Assembly: GCA_965203905.1 (NCBI GenBank)
Contig: CBDBDQ010000005.1
Span: 3,744,001 to 3,808,000 of the forward strand
Length of the DNA stretch: 64,000 bases
Origin: Spirochaetia bacterium
Lineage (GTDB): Bacteria; Spirochaetota; Spirochaetia; SZUA-6; Bin103
Reading direction: 5' to 3'
Of this stretch, positions 51,143-60,794 are shown in pieces; within the stretch, counting starts at the first letter, position 1; each line of letters begins with the position of its first letter. The notes beneath the pieces were generated by a model. The model did no database searches. It saw nothing but the letters and a program-made list of their open reading frames with translations, and had not been told where the DNA came from. A program made the translations under genes and the position numbers.

Positions 51143-52393
51143 TCAACTCCAGAGCCGGTCGTTGGAACGGTCGCGATCCCACTCCGGGGTGGGCTCGAAG
51201 ATGCCGGGCTCGTCGGGATCGACGCACTCGCGCAGCACCTCGTGGTTGAGGTCGGAAAAACCCAGCCCCGGGCCCTCCGGCACGGCGATGTGCCCATCCT
51301 GAACCAGGGGCACGGGCAGCCCGTCCACCAGGCTGCTCCAGCGCTCCAGGTCGTCGACCGAGTGGTTCTCGAGGACGAGGAAGTTCTCCGTGGCGGCCGC
51401 GCAGTGCACCGACGCCAGCGCCGCCACCGGCGTCATCGCCGTGTGCATCGCCATCGCGATGCCGCGGTCCTGGGCGGCGTCGCCGATCTTCTTGGTCTCC
51501 AGGATGCCGCCGGCGGTCGCCAGGTCGGGGTGGGCGACGCCGATGGCGCGCTCCCGGAACAGGTCGGCGAAGCCTTCCTTGAGGTAGATGTCCTCGCCGG
51601 TGCAGATCGGCGTCTCGACTGTATCCGCCAGCCGCCGGTACTGATCGGTGAACTGCCAGGGGAGCATGTCCTCGTACCAGGCCAAAGAGAACCGGTCCAG
51701 CGCCCGCCCCAGCCGGATGCAGGACTCCAGGCCCAGGTGGCCGAAGTGGTCGGCGGCCAGCGGCACCTCGTAGCCGATCTCCTCGCGCACCGCCGCCACG
51801 TACTCGCACAGCAGGTCGATGCCGCGGTCGGTGATCTGCAGGCCGGTGAACGGGTGCATCACGCTCTGGCTGTCGCGCATCCCCGGCGGCGCGATCACGC
51901 AGTCGCTCCGGTCGCGGAGCAGGTCGATGCCGAGGTCCATTTTCAGGAAGCGGAAGCCCAGCTCCATGCGCTGCTTCAGCCGCTGTCCGGTCTCGCGGCC
52001 GCTGGCGCTGGGGGTGGTGTCGCAGTAGCAGAGGATGCGGTCGCGGAACCTGCCTCCGGCCAGGGCGTACGCGGGCACCCCGTACGCCTTGCCGGCCAGG
52101 TCCATCAGCGCCATCTCCACGGCGCTGACGCCCCCGCCCTGGCGGCCGTGATGGCCGAACTGCTTGATGCGCCGGAACAGCCGGTCGACGTCGCACGGGT
52201 TCGCGCCGAGCAGGCGTGATTTGAGCATCAGCGCGTAGGTCTTGCTGGCGTTGTCCCGCACCTCGCCGTAGCCGCGGATCCCCTGGTTGGTGTCGATGCG
52301 GATCAGGTAGCTGTTGAACGGGGTGCCCGTGAGGCAGGTTATACGCAGGTCGGTAATCGCCAGCGCCGACGGACGCGAATGCCGCTCATTCAC
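51143..52393 (-). CDS. Mandelate racemase/muconate lactonizing enzyme family
   Basis: GYGEVRD, SAVEMALMDLAGK, KMDLG, WYEDM, CTGED. Confidence 0.9.
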   Translation of the reverse strand: MNERHSRPSALAITDLRITCLTGTPFNSYLIRIDTNQGIRGYGEVRDNASKTYALMLKSRLLGANPCDVDRLFRRIKQFGHHGRQGGGVSAVEMALMDLAGKAYGVPAYALAGGRFRDRILCYCDTTPSASGRETGQRLKQRMELGFRFLKMDLGIDLLRDRSDCVIAPPGMRDSQSVMHPFTGLQITDRGIDLLCEYVAAVREEIGYEVPLAADHFGHLGLESCIRLGRALDRFSLAWYEDMLPWQFTDQYRRLADTVETPICTGEDIYLKEGFADLFRERAIGVAHPDLATAGGILETKKIGDAAQDRGIAMAMHTAMTPVAALASVHCAAATENFLVLENHSVDDLERWSSLVDGLPVPLVQDGHIAVPEGPGLGFSDLNHEVLRECVDPDEPGIFEPTPEWDRDRSNDRLWS

Positions 52394-52409
52394 AGGGACG
52401 GGTCCTCGC

Positions 52410-53300
52410 TCAGGTGGCGACTCCGAGCGCGGCCAGGGCGCGGGCGATCGCCTGTTGCTGGCCGGTGCTGGCGGCCGGCATGGGCGCGCGCGGCAGGCCG
52501 GCCGGGCATTGCTGCAGGCCCTGGGCGTGCTTCACGCAGGCCGGCAGGTTGTCGCCGGCGATGGCGTTCCACAGCGCCAGCAGCCTGCCGTGCAGGTCGA
52601 GGGCGCGCTGCTGGTCGCCGCCGGCGACCGCATCCCACAGCGCGACGCAGGCGGCCGGCGCCGCGCTTAGGATCGCCGCCACCGCGCCGTGCGCGCCGAG
52701 CGCGAACGAGGGGTAGAGCAGCGCATCCACGGCGCTCAGGATCAGGCTGCCGGCGGGCGCCTCGCGCAGCAGATCGGCCAGCAGCTTCAGGTCGCCGGCG
52801 CTCTGCTTGACCCCGATCACCCCGGGGACGTCGCGCAGGATGCGGCACAGCAGCTCGGGCGCCAGATAGCTCCACGGCACCACGTTGTAGATGATCACCG
52901 GCAGACCGGTCTGCTCGGTGGCGGCGCGGTAGAACTCCAGCATCGCATCGTCGTCGGGACGGAACAGGTAGTGCACCGGGGTGATCTGCAGCGCCGCCAC
53001 GCCTATCTCGGCGAGGGCGGTGCCGCGTTGCACCACCTCGCGGGTGCTGTTGGCGATGATGCCGGCGATCACCGGCGCCGCGCCGTCGGCCGCCGCCACC
53101 GCGGCGGCGGCGGCCCGGTGCGCTTCCTCGCCGCTGAGCGTGTGCCCCTCGCCGGTGGAGCCGGCCACGGTGACGCCGTGCACCCCCTGCTCCAGGAGCC
53201 ACCGGCACTGTTGCGCCAGGGCCTGTTCGTCGAGGGCTCCCCGGGCGTCGAACGGCGTGGTTAGCGGCGGGATGATGCCGCGAATCTGCTGCTGTGACAT
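52410..53300 (-). CDS. Dihydrodipicolinate synthase family aldolase/lyase
   Basis: GIIPPLTTPF, GSTGEG, IYN, GVKQSAGD. Confidence 0.9.
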   Translation of the reverse strand: MSQQQIRGIIPPLTTPFDARGALDEQALAQQCRWLLEQGVHGVTVAGSTGEGHTLSGEEAHRAAAAAVAAADGAAPVIAGIIANSTREVVQRGTALAEIGVAALQITPVHYLFRPDDDAMLEFYRAATEQTGLPVIIYNVVPWSYLAPELLCRILRDVPGVIGVKQSAGDLKLLADLLREAPAGSLILSAVDALLYPSFALGAHGAVAAILSAAPAACVALWDAVAGGDQQRALDLHGRLLALWNAIAGDNLPACVKHAQGLQQCPAGLPRAPMPAASTGQQQAIARALAALGVAT

Positions 53301-53358
53301 GACGCGGGCAGAGTATCACCACCGTGCCGAGGTGTTACACTGTGCCGGCGGAGGGAAG

Positions 53359-54519
53359 ATGAAAGTCACTCGCATCACCAGCTTCCCGGTCAGGGACGAC
53401 CAGGGACGCGGCTACTTCATCGTCAGGGTGGATACCGACGCCGGCATCCACGGGCTGGGGGAGGCCGGCATCCGCAACTGGGGCCTGGCGATCGCGCGCG
53501 CCGTCGAGCACCTCGGCGAGCTGGTGATCGGCGCCGACCCGTGGCAGACGGAGCGGCTCTGGCAGCTGATGTTCCGCGCCGGGTTCTTCCCGGCCGACAA
53601 GGTGTACGCCTGTGCCCTGAGCGCGATCGACATCGCCCTGTGGGACATCAAGGGCAAGGCGGCGGGGATGCCGGTGTACCGGCTGCTGGGTGGCCCGGTG
53701 CGGCCGAAGGTGGTGTGCTACCCCCATTCCCAGGGCGGGACCATCCCGGAACTGGTGGAGAACGCCCGCCGCCAGGTGGCCGCCGGCTGGCGCTTCTTAC
53801 GCTGGGGGCAGCCGGAGACCTCGGGCCGGTTCGAGGCCGCCGCGGCCACGCTGGAGCCGCGCCGGTCGATGGCGATCGCGGTGGAGCAGATGCGCGCGGT
53901 GCGCGAGGCGGTAGGCCCGGAGATCGAGCTCTGCTTCGACGTGCACACCCGCCTGGACCCTGCTCACGTGATCCAGATGTGCCGCTGGCTGGAGGAGTTC
54001 CGCCCGTTCTTCATCGAGGACCCGATCCGCTCGGAGAACCCCGCCAGCTACCGCAAGCTGGCGCGTCACATCTCGCTGCCGCTGGCCGCCGGCGAGCAGT
54101 GGGCGTCGAAGTGGCCGTTCCGCGAGGTGATCGAGGAGGAGCTGATCGACTACGCGCGCATCGACCTGTGCATCGTGGGCGGACTCACCGAGGCGCTCAA
54201 GATCGCCCACTGGGCGGAGACCCACTACATCGACATCGCGCCGCACAACCCGCTCGGCCCGGTGAGCGCGGCGGCCTGCGTCTCGCTGTGCATGGCGACC
54301 ACCAACGTGGGCGTGCAGGAGATGCCGCAGCGTCCCGGCAGCTTCGCCGCAGAGCTGTTCCCGCAACAGATCGGCTGGGAGGATGGCTTCGCCTACTGCC
54401 CGGACCAGCCCGGGCTCGGCGTCGACATGGACCTGGAGGTGGCCGAGCGCTCCCGCTACCGGCCGCGGGAGTGGCCGCCGCGGCTGTCCCGCGACGACGG
54501 CGCCTTCACCAACTGGTAA
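53359..54519 (+). CDS. Enolase-superfamily sugar-acid dehydratase (DgoD-like)
   Basis: SAIDIALWDIKGK, DVH, FFIEDP, AAGE, PHNPLGPV. Confidence 0.88.
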   Translation: MKVTRITSFPVRDDQGRGYFIVRVDTDAGIHGLGEAGIRNWGLAIARAVEHLGELVIGADPWQTERLWQLMFRAGFFPADKVYACALSAIDIALWDIKGKAAGMPVYRLLGGPVRPKVVCYPHSQGGTIPELVENARRQVAAGWRFLRWGQPETSGRFEAAAATLEPRRSMAIAVEQMRAVREAVGPEIELCFDVHTRLDPAHVIQMCRWLEEFRPFFIEDPIRSENPASYRKLARHISLPLAAGEQWASKWPFREVIEEELIDYARIDLCIVGGLTEALKIAHWAETHYIDIAPHNPLGPVSAAACVSLCMATTNVGVQEMPQRPGSFAAELFPQQIGWEDGFAYCPDQPGLGVDMDLEVAERSRYRPREWPPRLSRDDGAFTNW

Positions 54520-54573
54520 CCCGTCAAGCCGGCGCGGCGCTCATGCGGCATGCGGTCACGTGGCGTGGTGCTA

Positions 54574-54810
54574 CTAGAGCCGGTCTTCCTGCTGGGGCTC
54601 GACGTCCGCGACACGTGCCAGCGCGTTCTCGAAATCCTTCCGGTTGCCACGTTTCGCCCGCTCTTCGAGAAGTGTTTCGGTGGCAAGTGCCGACATCTTT
54701 TCCGCCAAGGCCGTAGTGATGAGCTGATTCAGCGAGATGCCGTCTTCCTTTGCCAGAGCCTTTGCATACTTGTGAAGAGAATCCGGAATCCGCAAGCTAA
54801 TGATACTCAT
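54574..54810 (-). CDS. HicB-like RHH antitoxin (orphan)
   Basis: ISLRIPDSLH...DGISLNQLITTALAEKMSAL. Confidence 0.8.
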   Translation of the reverse strand: MSIISLRIPDSLHKYAKALAKEDGISLNQLITTALAEKMSALATETLLEERAKRGNRKDFENALARVADVEPQQEDRL

Positions 54811-54831
54811 GACAAAGCTCCTATATGTGGA

Positions 54832-56670
54832 TCAGGTGAGGCGTTCGGCGGTGAGGTAGAAGGCGCCGGCCAGGTGGTTGCCGGCGGCGTCGATCCACCA
54901 GCTCCGGATCTGCGCCGGGCCGCGTTCCAGGGGCATGCGGAAGGTCACCTCGGTCGCACCGTCCGGCACCGGCAGGGTGTCCTCGGCAGCGCCGGCACGC
55001 AGCCAGGCTGAGGCTGCCGGCAGGGCGTTGCCGGCCGGCCAGCCGCCGTCCACGCCCTCCAGCGGCGGTGCCGGAGCGGCGATCCCGAGGCCCGACTCGC
55101 GCGGCCAGCGGCGCAGGGTGAAGGAGTAGGTGCCGGCGTGCGCGGCATGCACGTGCCAGGTGCCACTGTCGGTCACGGGAGCGCGGATGTTGCGCTGGTT
55201 GTCGGCGTAGGCCCAGGCCCAGTCGGCGCTGCACAGGCGCATCGGGTTCTCCTCCGCGGCGCCGATGGTGAGCGGCTGGTAGGTCTCCAGGTTGCCGTCC
55301 AGGCCGGCCCACCACGCCTCGTAGTGGTCGCGCATGCGCGCCACCACCTCGGGATGTTGCGCGGCCACGTCGTGCGCCTGGCCGGGATCGGCGGCGATGT
55401 CGTACAGCTCGCTGCCGCCCACCAGGCGCCAGCGGCCCCACAGCACGGCGGCGAGGTGCTTGCCGCTCCTGCCGAACTCGGGCCGTTCGTTGGGATGCCC
55501 GTACTGCACCACCGTCATGCGCTCCGGCAGCGCCGCCTCCGCGCCGCGCGCCACGCCGGCCAGCGATACGCCATCGAACTCCACCCCCGGCTCGACCCGC
55601 AGCCCGCACAGATCGACCAGCGTCGGCAGCAGGTCGGTGGCGCGGGCCACGTCGTTGATGTCGCGGCCGGCTGACGCCGTGGCGCCGGCGACCGGAATCG
55701 CGTCGGAGGGGGCGGCTGCGCCTGGGCCGGGCGGGGGGCGGCTGCCACCGGTAGCGGCGTCCTCCGGTGGCAAGCTGCTGCCGTGGCCGCCGCCGATGCC
55801 GCCGGCCGGCCAGCGCAGCAGACACGGCACGCGGTGGCCGCCGTCGTACAGCGAGGCCTTCCTGCCGCGCATGCCGGCGTTGTACACCGCCTCGCCGTGG
55901 GCGGTGCCGTTGTCGGTCATGAACACCAGGATGGTGTCCTCGTACAGGTCATTCTGGTGCAGGAACCAGTCCAGGCGCGCCAGGTTCTCGTCGATGCAGG
56001 CGATCATGGCGAAGAAACTGGCGTGATCGGCGGTCACCTCGCCGCGGGCGACCGCGTCGCGGTAGGGGTCGCGGTAGTGGTCGGGGACCCACAGCGGCCC
56101 GTGCGGCGCGTTGGTCGCGATGTAGGCGAAGAAGGGGTCGCCGGCACGCCGGCAGCGCCGGATCCAGGCGCTGGCCTGATCGAACCACACGTCGGTGCAG
56201 TAGCCGCGAAACTCCTCGAACGCATCTCGGTGACGGTAAACGTCATCGAAGTAGTCATTGCCGTACTGGTCGGCGGCAGAAGTGATGCCCCAGCTCGGGT
56301 GCCAGATGGTTTCCTGGAAGCCGCGGTCCTGCGGCCGGTAGGGGTAGTTGTCGCCCAGGTGCCACTTGCCGAAGTGTCCGGTGCGGTAGCCGTTGGCGGC
56401 GAAGATGTCGGCCGCGGTGGGCAGGTCGGCACGCAACAGCGAGCGCCCCATGCAGACGAAGGTCGCGCCGTTGCGCAGTGAGTCGACGCCGGCCAGAAGC
56501 TCGCCGCGGGTCGGGGTGCACACCGGGCAGACGTGGAAGTCGGTGAAGCGCACGCTCTCCGCCTGCAGCCGGTCCAGTGCCGGGGTGCGCAGCACCGGGT
56601 TGCCGGTGTAGGAGAGGTCGCCGTACCCCTGGTCGTCGGTGAGGATGAAGATGACGTTGGGCCGGGACAT
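54832..56670 (-). CDS. Arylsulfatase (Cys-type)
   Basis: GGAGG SD; PNVIFILTDDQGYGD, CTPTR, GKWHLG. Confidence 0.93.
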   Translation of the reverse strand: MSRPNVIFILTDDQGYGDLSYTGNPVLRTPALDRLQAESVRFTDFHVCPVCTPTRGELLAGVDSLRNGATFVCMGRSLLRADLPTAADIFAANGYRTGHFGKWHLGDNYPYRPQDRGFQETIWHPSWGITSAADQYGNDYFDDVYRHRDAFEEFRGYCTDVWFDQASAWIRRCRRAGDPFFAYIATNAPHGPLWVPDHYRDPYRDAVARGEVTADHASFFAMIACIDENLARLDWFLHQNDLYEDTILVFMTDNGTAHGEAVYNAGMRGRKASLYDGGHRVPCLLRWPAGGIGGGHGSSLPPEDAATGGSRPPPGPGAAAPSDAIPVAGATASAGRDINDVARATDLLPTLVDLCGLRVEPGVEFDGVSLAGVARGAEAALPERMTVVQYGHPNERPEFGRSGKHLAAVLWGRWRLVGGSELYDIAADPGQAHDVAAQHPEVVARMRDHYEAWWAGLDGNLETYQPLTIGAAEENPMRLCSADWAWAYADNQRNIRAPVTDSGTWHVHAAHAGTYSFTLRRWPRESGLGIAAPAPPLEGVDGGWPAGNALPAASAWLRAGAAEDTLPVPDGATEVTFRMPLERGPAQIRSWWIDAAGNHLAGAFYLTAERLT

Positions 56671-56739
56671 GCAAGCCTCCATGATGCTCCGGGTCTCCGG
56701 GTGCCGAAAGCGGCGCCGGCAGGCGACGGTTTCGGGGCG

Positions 56740-57300
56740 CTATCCCGCGTGCTCCGGGAGGTGCAGCAGCCGGTGCAGGTGCTCCAGGATTTCCTGCGCG
56801 GACACCACCCCGTCGATGCGACCCGCGGCATCGACCAGGGGGATATGGCGGAACGATCCCAGCACCATCTTGTTGATGGCAACCGCGAGGGTGTCGTCGC
56901 GGCGCAACACCACCGGGTCGCGCGTCATCACCCGTTCGATCGCGACCGTGCGCGGTGCGTGACCGGCGGCGATGACTCGTTCCAGGAGGTCGCGCTCGGT
57001 AAAGATGCCCTCGACCTGTCCCGCCGCGACCACCAGCACGTAGCCGCTACGCCGTTCGCGCATCAAGGCGATGGCGTCGGCCACCGAAGTGCCGGCTTCC
57101 ACCAGCAGCGGTCTGCTCGGGGCCAGCACCTCCACCAGGTCGGACAGCAGGTGATCGTCGTACTGCGCAAAGTTCCCTGCCTGTCGGGTGGGGTACAGGC
57201 TGGAGCCGCAAGCCTCGCACTCCGAGTGCTCCAGTTCGTTGCTGAAACCGCACTCGACGCACTCCAGCGCCGGCGCCAATCCGGTCGTCTGCTCAGCCAA
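56740..57300 (-). CDS. Zn-ribbon + CBS-pair protein
   Basis: CVECG..N......CEACG followed by GIFTERDLL, VMTRDP, FRHIPLVD; TTG start overlapping korB end. Confidence 0.8.
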   Translation of the reverse strand: MAEQTTGLAPALECVECGFSNELEHSECEACGSSLYPTRQAGNFAQYDDHLLSDLVEVLAPSRPLLVEAGTSVADAIALMRERRSGYVLVVAAGQVEGIFTERDLLERVIAAGHAPRTVAIERVMTRDPVVLRRDDTLAVAINKMVLGSFRHIPLVDAAGRIDGVVSAQEILEHLHRLLHLPEHAG

Positions 57301-58306
57301 CGGTCCAGGTATCTCCTGCGCGCAGCAGCGCCGCCACGTCGCCCTCGCCGTGCCGATCCCGCGCCGCATCGATCTGCTCCGCCATTCCGTCCTCGTAGGT
57401 GGGCTTGTCCACGGCCCGCAGCACGCCAAGCGGCAACGGCACACCGGCTCCCGGCGACATGTGCGCCAGCACGTAGGGCAGCACGTTACTGGGGATCTTC
57501 TCGTTGTGCACCAGCAGGTCGGGATCGTCGGCCTCGCAGATCACCGGCGTGAGCCCGTCGAGCTTGATGCCCTTGTCGCGATTCTTGCCGAAGATCAACG
57601 GTTTGCCATGCTCCAGGTTGATGGTCTGCTCGGAGCGCACGCTGCGTTCGGCAAAGTAGTCGAAGGCGCCGTCGTTGTACACGTTGCAGTTCTGGTACAC
57701 CTCGACGAAGCAGCCGCCGCGATGGTGCGCGGCGCGTTCCAGGGTCGCCGACAGGTGCTTCGTGTCGGTAGCCACCGTGCGCGCCACGAACGTCGCCTCC
57801 GCCGCCAGGGCGATGCGCGCCGGACTGACCGGTTGCTCCAGCGAGCCGTCGGGCGAGCTGACGGTCCGCTTGCCTACCTCGCTGGTAGGCGAGTACTGCC
57901 CCTTGGTAAGCCCGTAGACGCGGTTGTTGAACAGGATGATGTTCAGGTCCATGTTGCGCCGCAGGGCGTGAATCAGGTGGTTGCCGCCGATCGACAGGCC
58001 GTCGCCGTCGCCGGTAATCACGAACACCAGCAGTTCCGGACGGGTAATCTTCAGTCCCGAGGCGAAGGTGGCGGCGCGGCCGTGGATCGAGTGGAAGCCG
58101 TAGGTGTTCAAGTAGTAGGGGAAGCGGCTGGAGCAGCCGATGCCGCTGATGAACACGATGTTCTCGCGCGGCACCCCAAGGTCCGGGAGTAACCGCTGGG
58201 TCTGCGCCAGGATCGCGTAGTCGCCGCACCCGGGGCACCAGCGCACCTCCTGGTCGGAGACGAAGTCCTTGCGATTCAGCGGCTCGCGCGTTGCGGTCGT
58301 GCTCAT
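57293..58306 (-). CDS. korB: 2-oxoacid:ferredoxin oxidoreductase beta subunit
   Basis: WCPGCGD, GIGCSSR, HSIHGR, GDGD..SIGGNH, YGLTKGQYSPT. Confidence 0.93.
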   Translation of the reverse strand: MSTTATREPLNRKDFVSDQEVRWCPGCGDYAILAQTQRLLPDLGVPRENIVFISGIGCSSRFPYYLNTYGFHSIHGRAATFASGLKITRPELLVFVITGDGDGLSIGGNHLIHALRRNMDLNIILFNNRVYGLTKGQYSPTSEVGKRTVSSPDGSLEQPVSPARIALAAEATFVARTVATDTKHLSATLERAAHHRGGCFVEVYQNCNVYNDGAFDYFAERSVRSEQTINLEHGKPLIFGKNRDKGIKLDGLTPVICEADDPDLLVHNEKIPSNVLPYVLAHMSPGAGVPLPLGVLRAVDKPTYEDGMAEQIDAARDRHGEGDVAALLRAGDTWTVG

Positions 58307-58309
58307 GGT

Positions 58310-58354
58310 GTCAGTTGGCCCCCTCCGTCATTTAGCCCCCCTCCGTCAGTTAGC
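58310..58354. repeat. 17-18 bp tandem repeat (~2.6 copies) in the korA-korB spacer
   Basis: GTCAGTTGGCCCCCTCC / GTCATTTAGCCCCCCTCC / GTCAGTTAGC. Confidence 0.8.
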
Positions 58355-60202
58355 ACTGCGGTCCATCCTTGCCAGTTCCTCGACGACGGCTGCCTGCACC
58401 TCACGCACCAGGAACGGCTTGCCCTGCACCTTGGACAGCCGCCGCGCAATGACGCCGTAGGCGTCGGCGATCAGCATCCGCAGCTGCCCCAGGTTGAGTT
58501 CCGGGATCAGCACCTGCTCGAACCGCTGCAGCACGGTACCGAGGTTCGCCGGGAACGGATTCAAGTATCGCACGTGCGCGTTGGACACGGCCACGCCCTG
58601 GGCGCGCAGCTTCTCGCAGGCGGTGGTGATGGCGCCGTAGGTGCTGCCCCAGCCGAGCACCAGCAGTCCGCCGCGATCGGGTCCCTGTACTTCGACGGGT
58701 GGGATGCCGGCCGCGATCCCGGCGATCTTTCGTGCGCGCAGCCGTATCATGCGCTCGTTGTTCTGCGGATCGTAGCTCACGTTGCCGGTCACGTCTTCCT
58801 TGGCAAGGCCGCCGACGCGATGTTCCAGCCCCGGGGTGCCGGGGATCGCCCACGGCCGCGCCAGGGTACGGGGATCGCGGGTGTAGGGTTGGAAGCCCTC
58901 CGGATCGGTGCGGAACTGCACCGGTACGGAGGGCAGGTCGTCCATCGCCGGGATCCGCCACGGCTCGGAGCCGTTGGCCAAGTAGCCGTCGGAGAGATAC
59001 AGCACCGGGGTCATGTAGGTGACCGCGATGCGGAACGCCTCCAGCGCCATGGCGAAGCAGTCGCCGGGGGTGGCCGGGGCGACGATGGCTACCGGCGCTT
59101 CGCCGTTGCGGCCGAACATCGCCTGCAGCAGATCCGCCTGCTCGGTCTTGGTGGGCATGCCGGTCGAAGGCCCGGCACGCTGCACGTCGATCACCACCAG
59201 CGGCAACTCCACCACCACCGCCAGCCCCAGCGCCTCACTCTTCAGCGCCAGCCCCGGACCGCTGGTTCCGGTCAGCGCCAGCGAGCCGCCGAAAGCGGCG
59301 CCGATCGCCGCGCCGATCGCCGCCATCTCATCCTCCGCCTGGAAGGTGACGATGCCCAGGTTGCGATGCCGCGCCAACTCGTGCAGCACCGTGCTGGCGG
59401 GGGTGATGGGGTAGCTGGCGTAGAACAGCGTCCGGTCGGCCAGATGTGAGGCGGTGATGAAGCCCAGGGCGGTGGCCTGGTTGCCGGTGATGTTGCGGTA
59501 GGTGCCGGCCGGAAGCGCCGCCGGGGGCACCCGGTAGGCCGAGGTGAACAGCTCCGTGGTGTCGGCGAAGGCGTAGCCGGCCTTGAGCGCCGCGGTGTTG
59601 GCGGCCACGACCTGCGGCCGCGAGCCCCACTTTTCCTGGAACCAGCGCAGGGTGGGCTCCAGGGGCCGGTCGTAGAGCCAGTAGATGATGCCCAGGGCGT
59701 AGAAGTTCTTGGAGCGTCCGGCCTGGCGCGGGCTCAGTCCCAGGTGGGCGAGCGCCTTCTCGTTCTGCGAGGTGATCGGCAACCCGATCACGCGGTAGCT
59801 GCTCAGCGAGTCGTCCTCGAGCGGGTTGCTGTCGTAACCGGCCTTGTTGAGGCCCTGTGCGGTGAACGAATCCTCGTTGACGATCAGCGTGCCGCCTTCC
59901 GGGATCTCCTCCAGGTTGGCCTTCAGGGCCGCCGGATTGAGCGCCACCAGTACGTCCGGGGCGTCCCCCGGGGTATGGATGTCTTCGCTGGCGAAGCTGA
60001 TCTGGAACGCGCTCACGCCGGGCAGCGTGCCTGCCGGAGCGCGGATCTCCGCCGGGTAGTCGGGCAGCGTCGACAGGTCGTTGCCGAACACCGCCGAGGT
60101 GTTGGTGAGCTGAGCCCCCACCACCTGCAGGCCGTCCCCCGAGTCGCCGGCAAAGCGTACGGTGACCCGGTCCAGTTCGGCGCGGGATGCGGTAGGGTCC
60201 AT
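58346..60202 (-). CDS. korA: 2-oxoacid:ferredoxin oxidoreductase alpha subunit
   Basis: FAGDSGDG, YPITPAS, QAEDE, TSGPG, QRAGPSTGMPT. Confidence 0.93.
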   Translation of the reverse strand: MDPTASRAELDRVTVRFAGDSGDGLQVVGAQLTNTSAVFGNDLSTLPDYPAEIRAPAGTLPGVSAFQISFASEDIHTPGDAPDVLVALNPAALKANLEEIPEGGTLIVNEDSFTAQGLNKAGYDSNPLEDDSLSSYRVIGLPITSQNEKALAHLGLSPRQAGRSKNFYALGIIYWLYDRPLEPTLRWFQEKWGSRPQVVAANTAALKAGYAFADTTELFTSAYRVPPAALPAGTYRNITGNQATALGFITASHLADRTLFYASYPITPASTVLHELARHRNLGIVTFQAEDEMAAIGAAIGAAFGGSLALTGTSGPGLALKSEALGLAVVVELPLVVIDVQRAGPSTGMPTKTEQADLLQAMFGRNGEAPVAIVAPATPGDCFAMALEAFRIAVTYMTPVLYLSDGYLANGSEPWRIPAMDDLPSVPVQFRTDPEGFQPYTRDPRTLARPWAIPGTPGLEHRVGGLAKEDVTGNVSYDPQNNERMIRLRARKIAGIAAGIPPVEVQGPDRGGLLVLGWGSTYGAITTACEKLRAQGVAVSNAHVRYLNPFPANLGTVLQRFEQVLIPELNLGQLRMLIADAYGVIARRLSKVQGKPFLVREVQAAVVEELARMDRSAN

Positions 60203-60690
60203 CAGGCACCGTCCGGCGCGCGCAGCCGCTGATGCGGCCGCGGCGGTAGATTGAGGAGGCGATCCGGCAACAGCTCGGCCAGAAAGTGGAACAGGTTGTG
60301 GCTGGTCAGGACTCCGATGTAGCCGCGCGCACCGTCGGCGATGGGGATGTGGTGGTAGCCGCCGGTCACCATCGGCTCGATGGCGGCGCTCAGCGGCGCC
60401 ATCGCGTCCAGCGTCGTCGGGTTGGCGGTCATGAAGTGTCGCACCGGTGCCGCGGGCATGCCGTCCGGCGTCACCGCCCGCATCAGCAGGTCGTGCTCCG
60501 TAAAGATGCCCGCCAGGCGTCCGTCATCCATCACCAGTACGTACCCGAAGCGCGAGGACTGCATGGTGGTTACCACTTCGCGCGCCGCGGTGTCGCCGCC
60601 GACCGCAAATGCCGGCTCCAGCGAGATGGATCCGATGGGGTGATGTTCCAGCTCCCGGTAAATTGGCACGCCGCTGCTTCCTGCTACCAT
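60202..60690 (-). CDS. CBS-pair protein
   Basis: GIFTEHDLL, FMTANP, YHHIPI; stop overlaps korA start. Confidence 0.85.
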   Translation of the reverse strand: MVAGSSGVPIYRELEHHPIGSISLEPAFAVGGDTAAREVVTTMQSSRFGYVLVMDDGRLAGIFTEHDLLMRAVTPDGMPAAPVRHFMTANPTTLDAMAPLSAAIEPMVTGGYHHIPIADGARGYIGVLTSHNLFHFLAELLPDRLLNLPPRPHQRLRAPDGA

Positions 60691-60794
60691 TGTCTACCCA
60701 TCCACGCGCAAAATCAACCTTAAGTGGCCGGTGTCCGTCGCGCAGGACGCTGATGGCGTTGAACACTCGGCCGTGGTGGCCTACCGTGGCGCCC

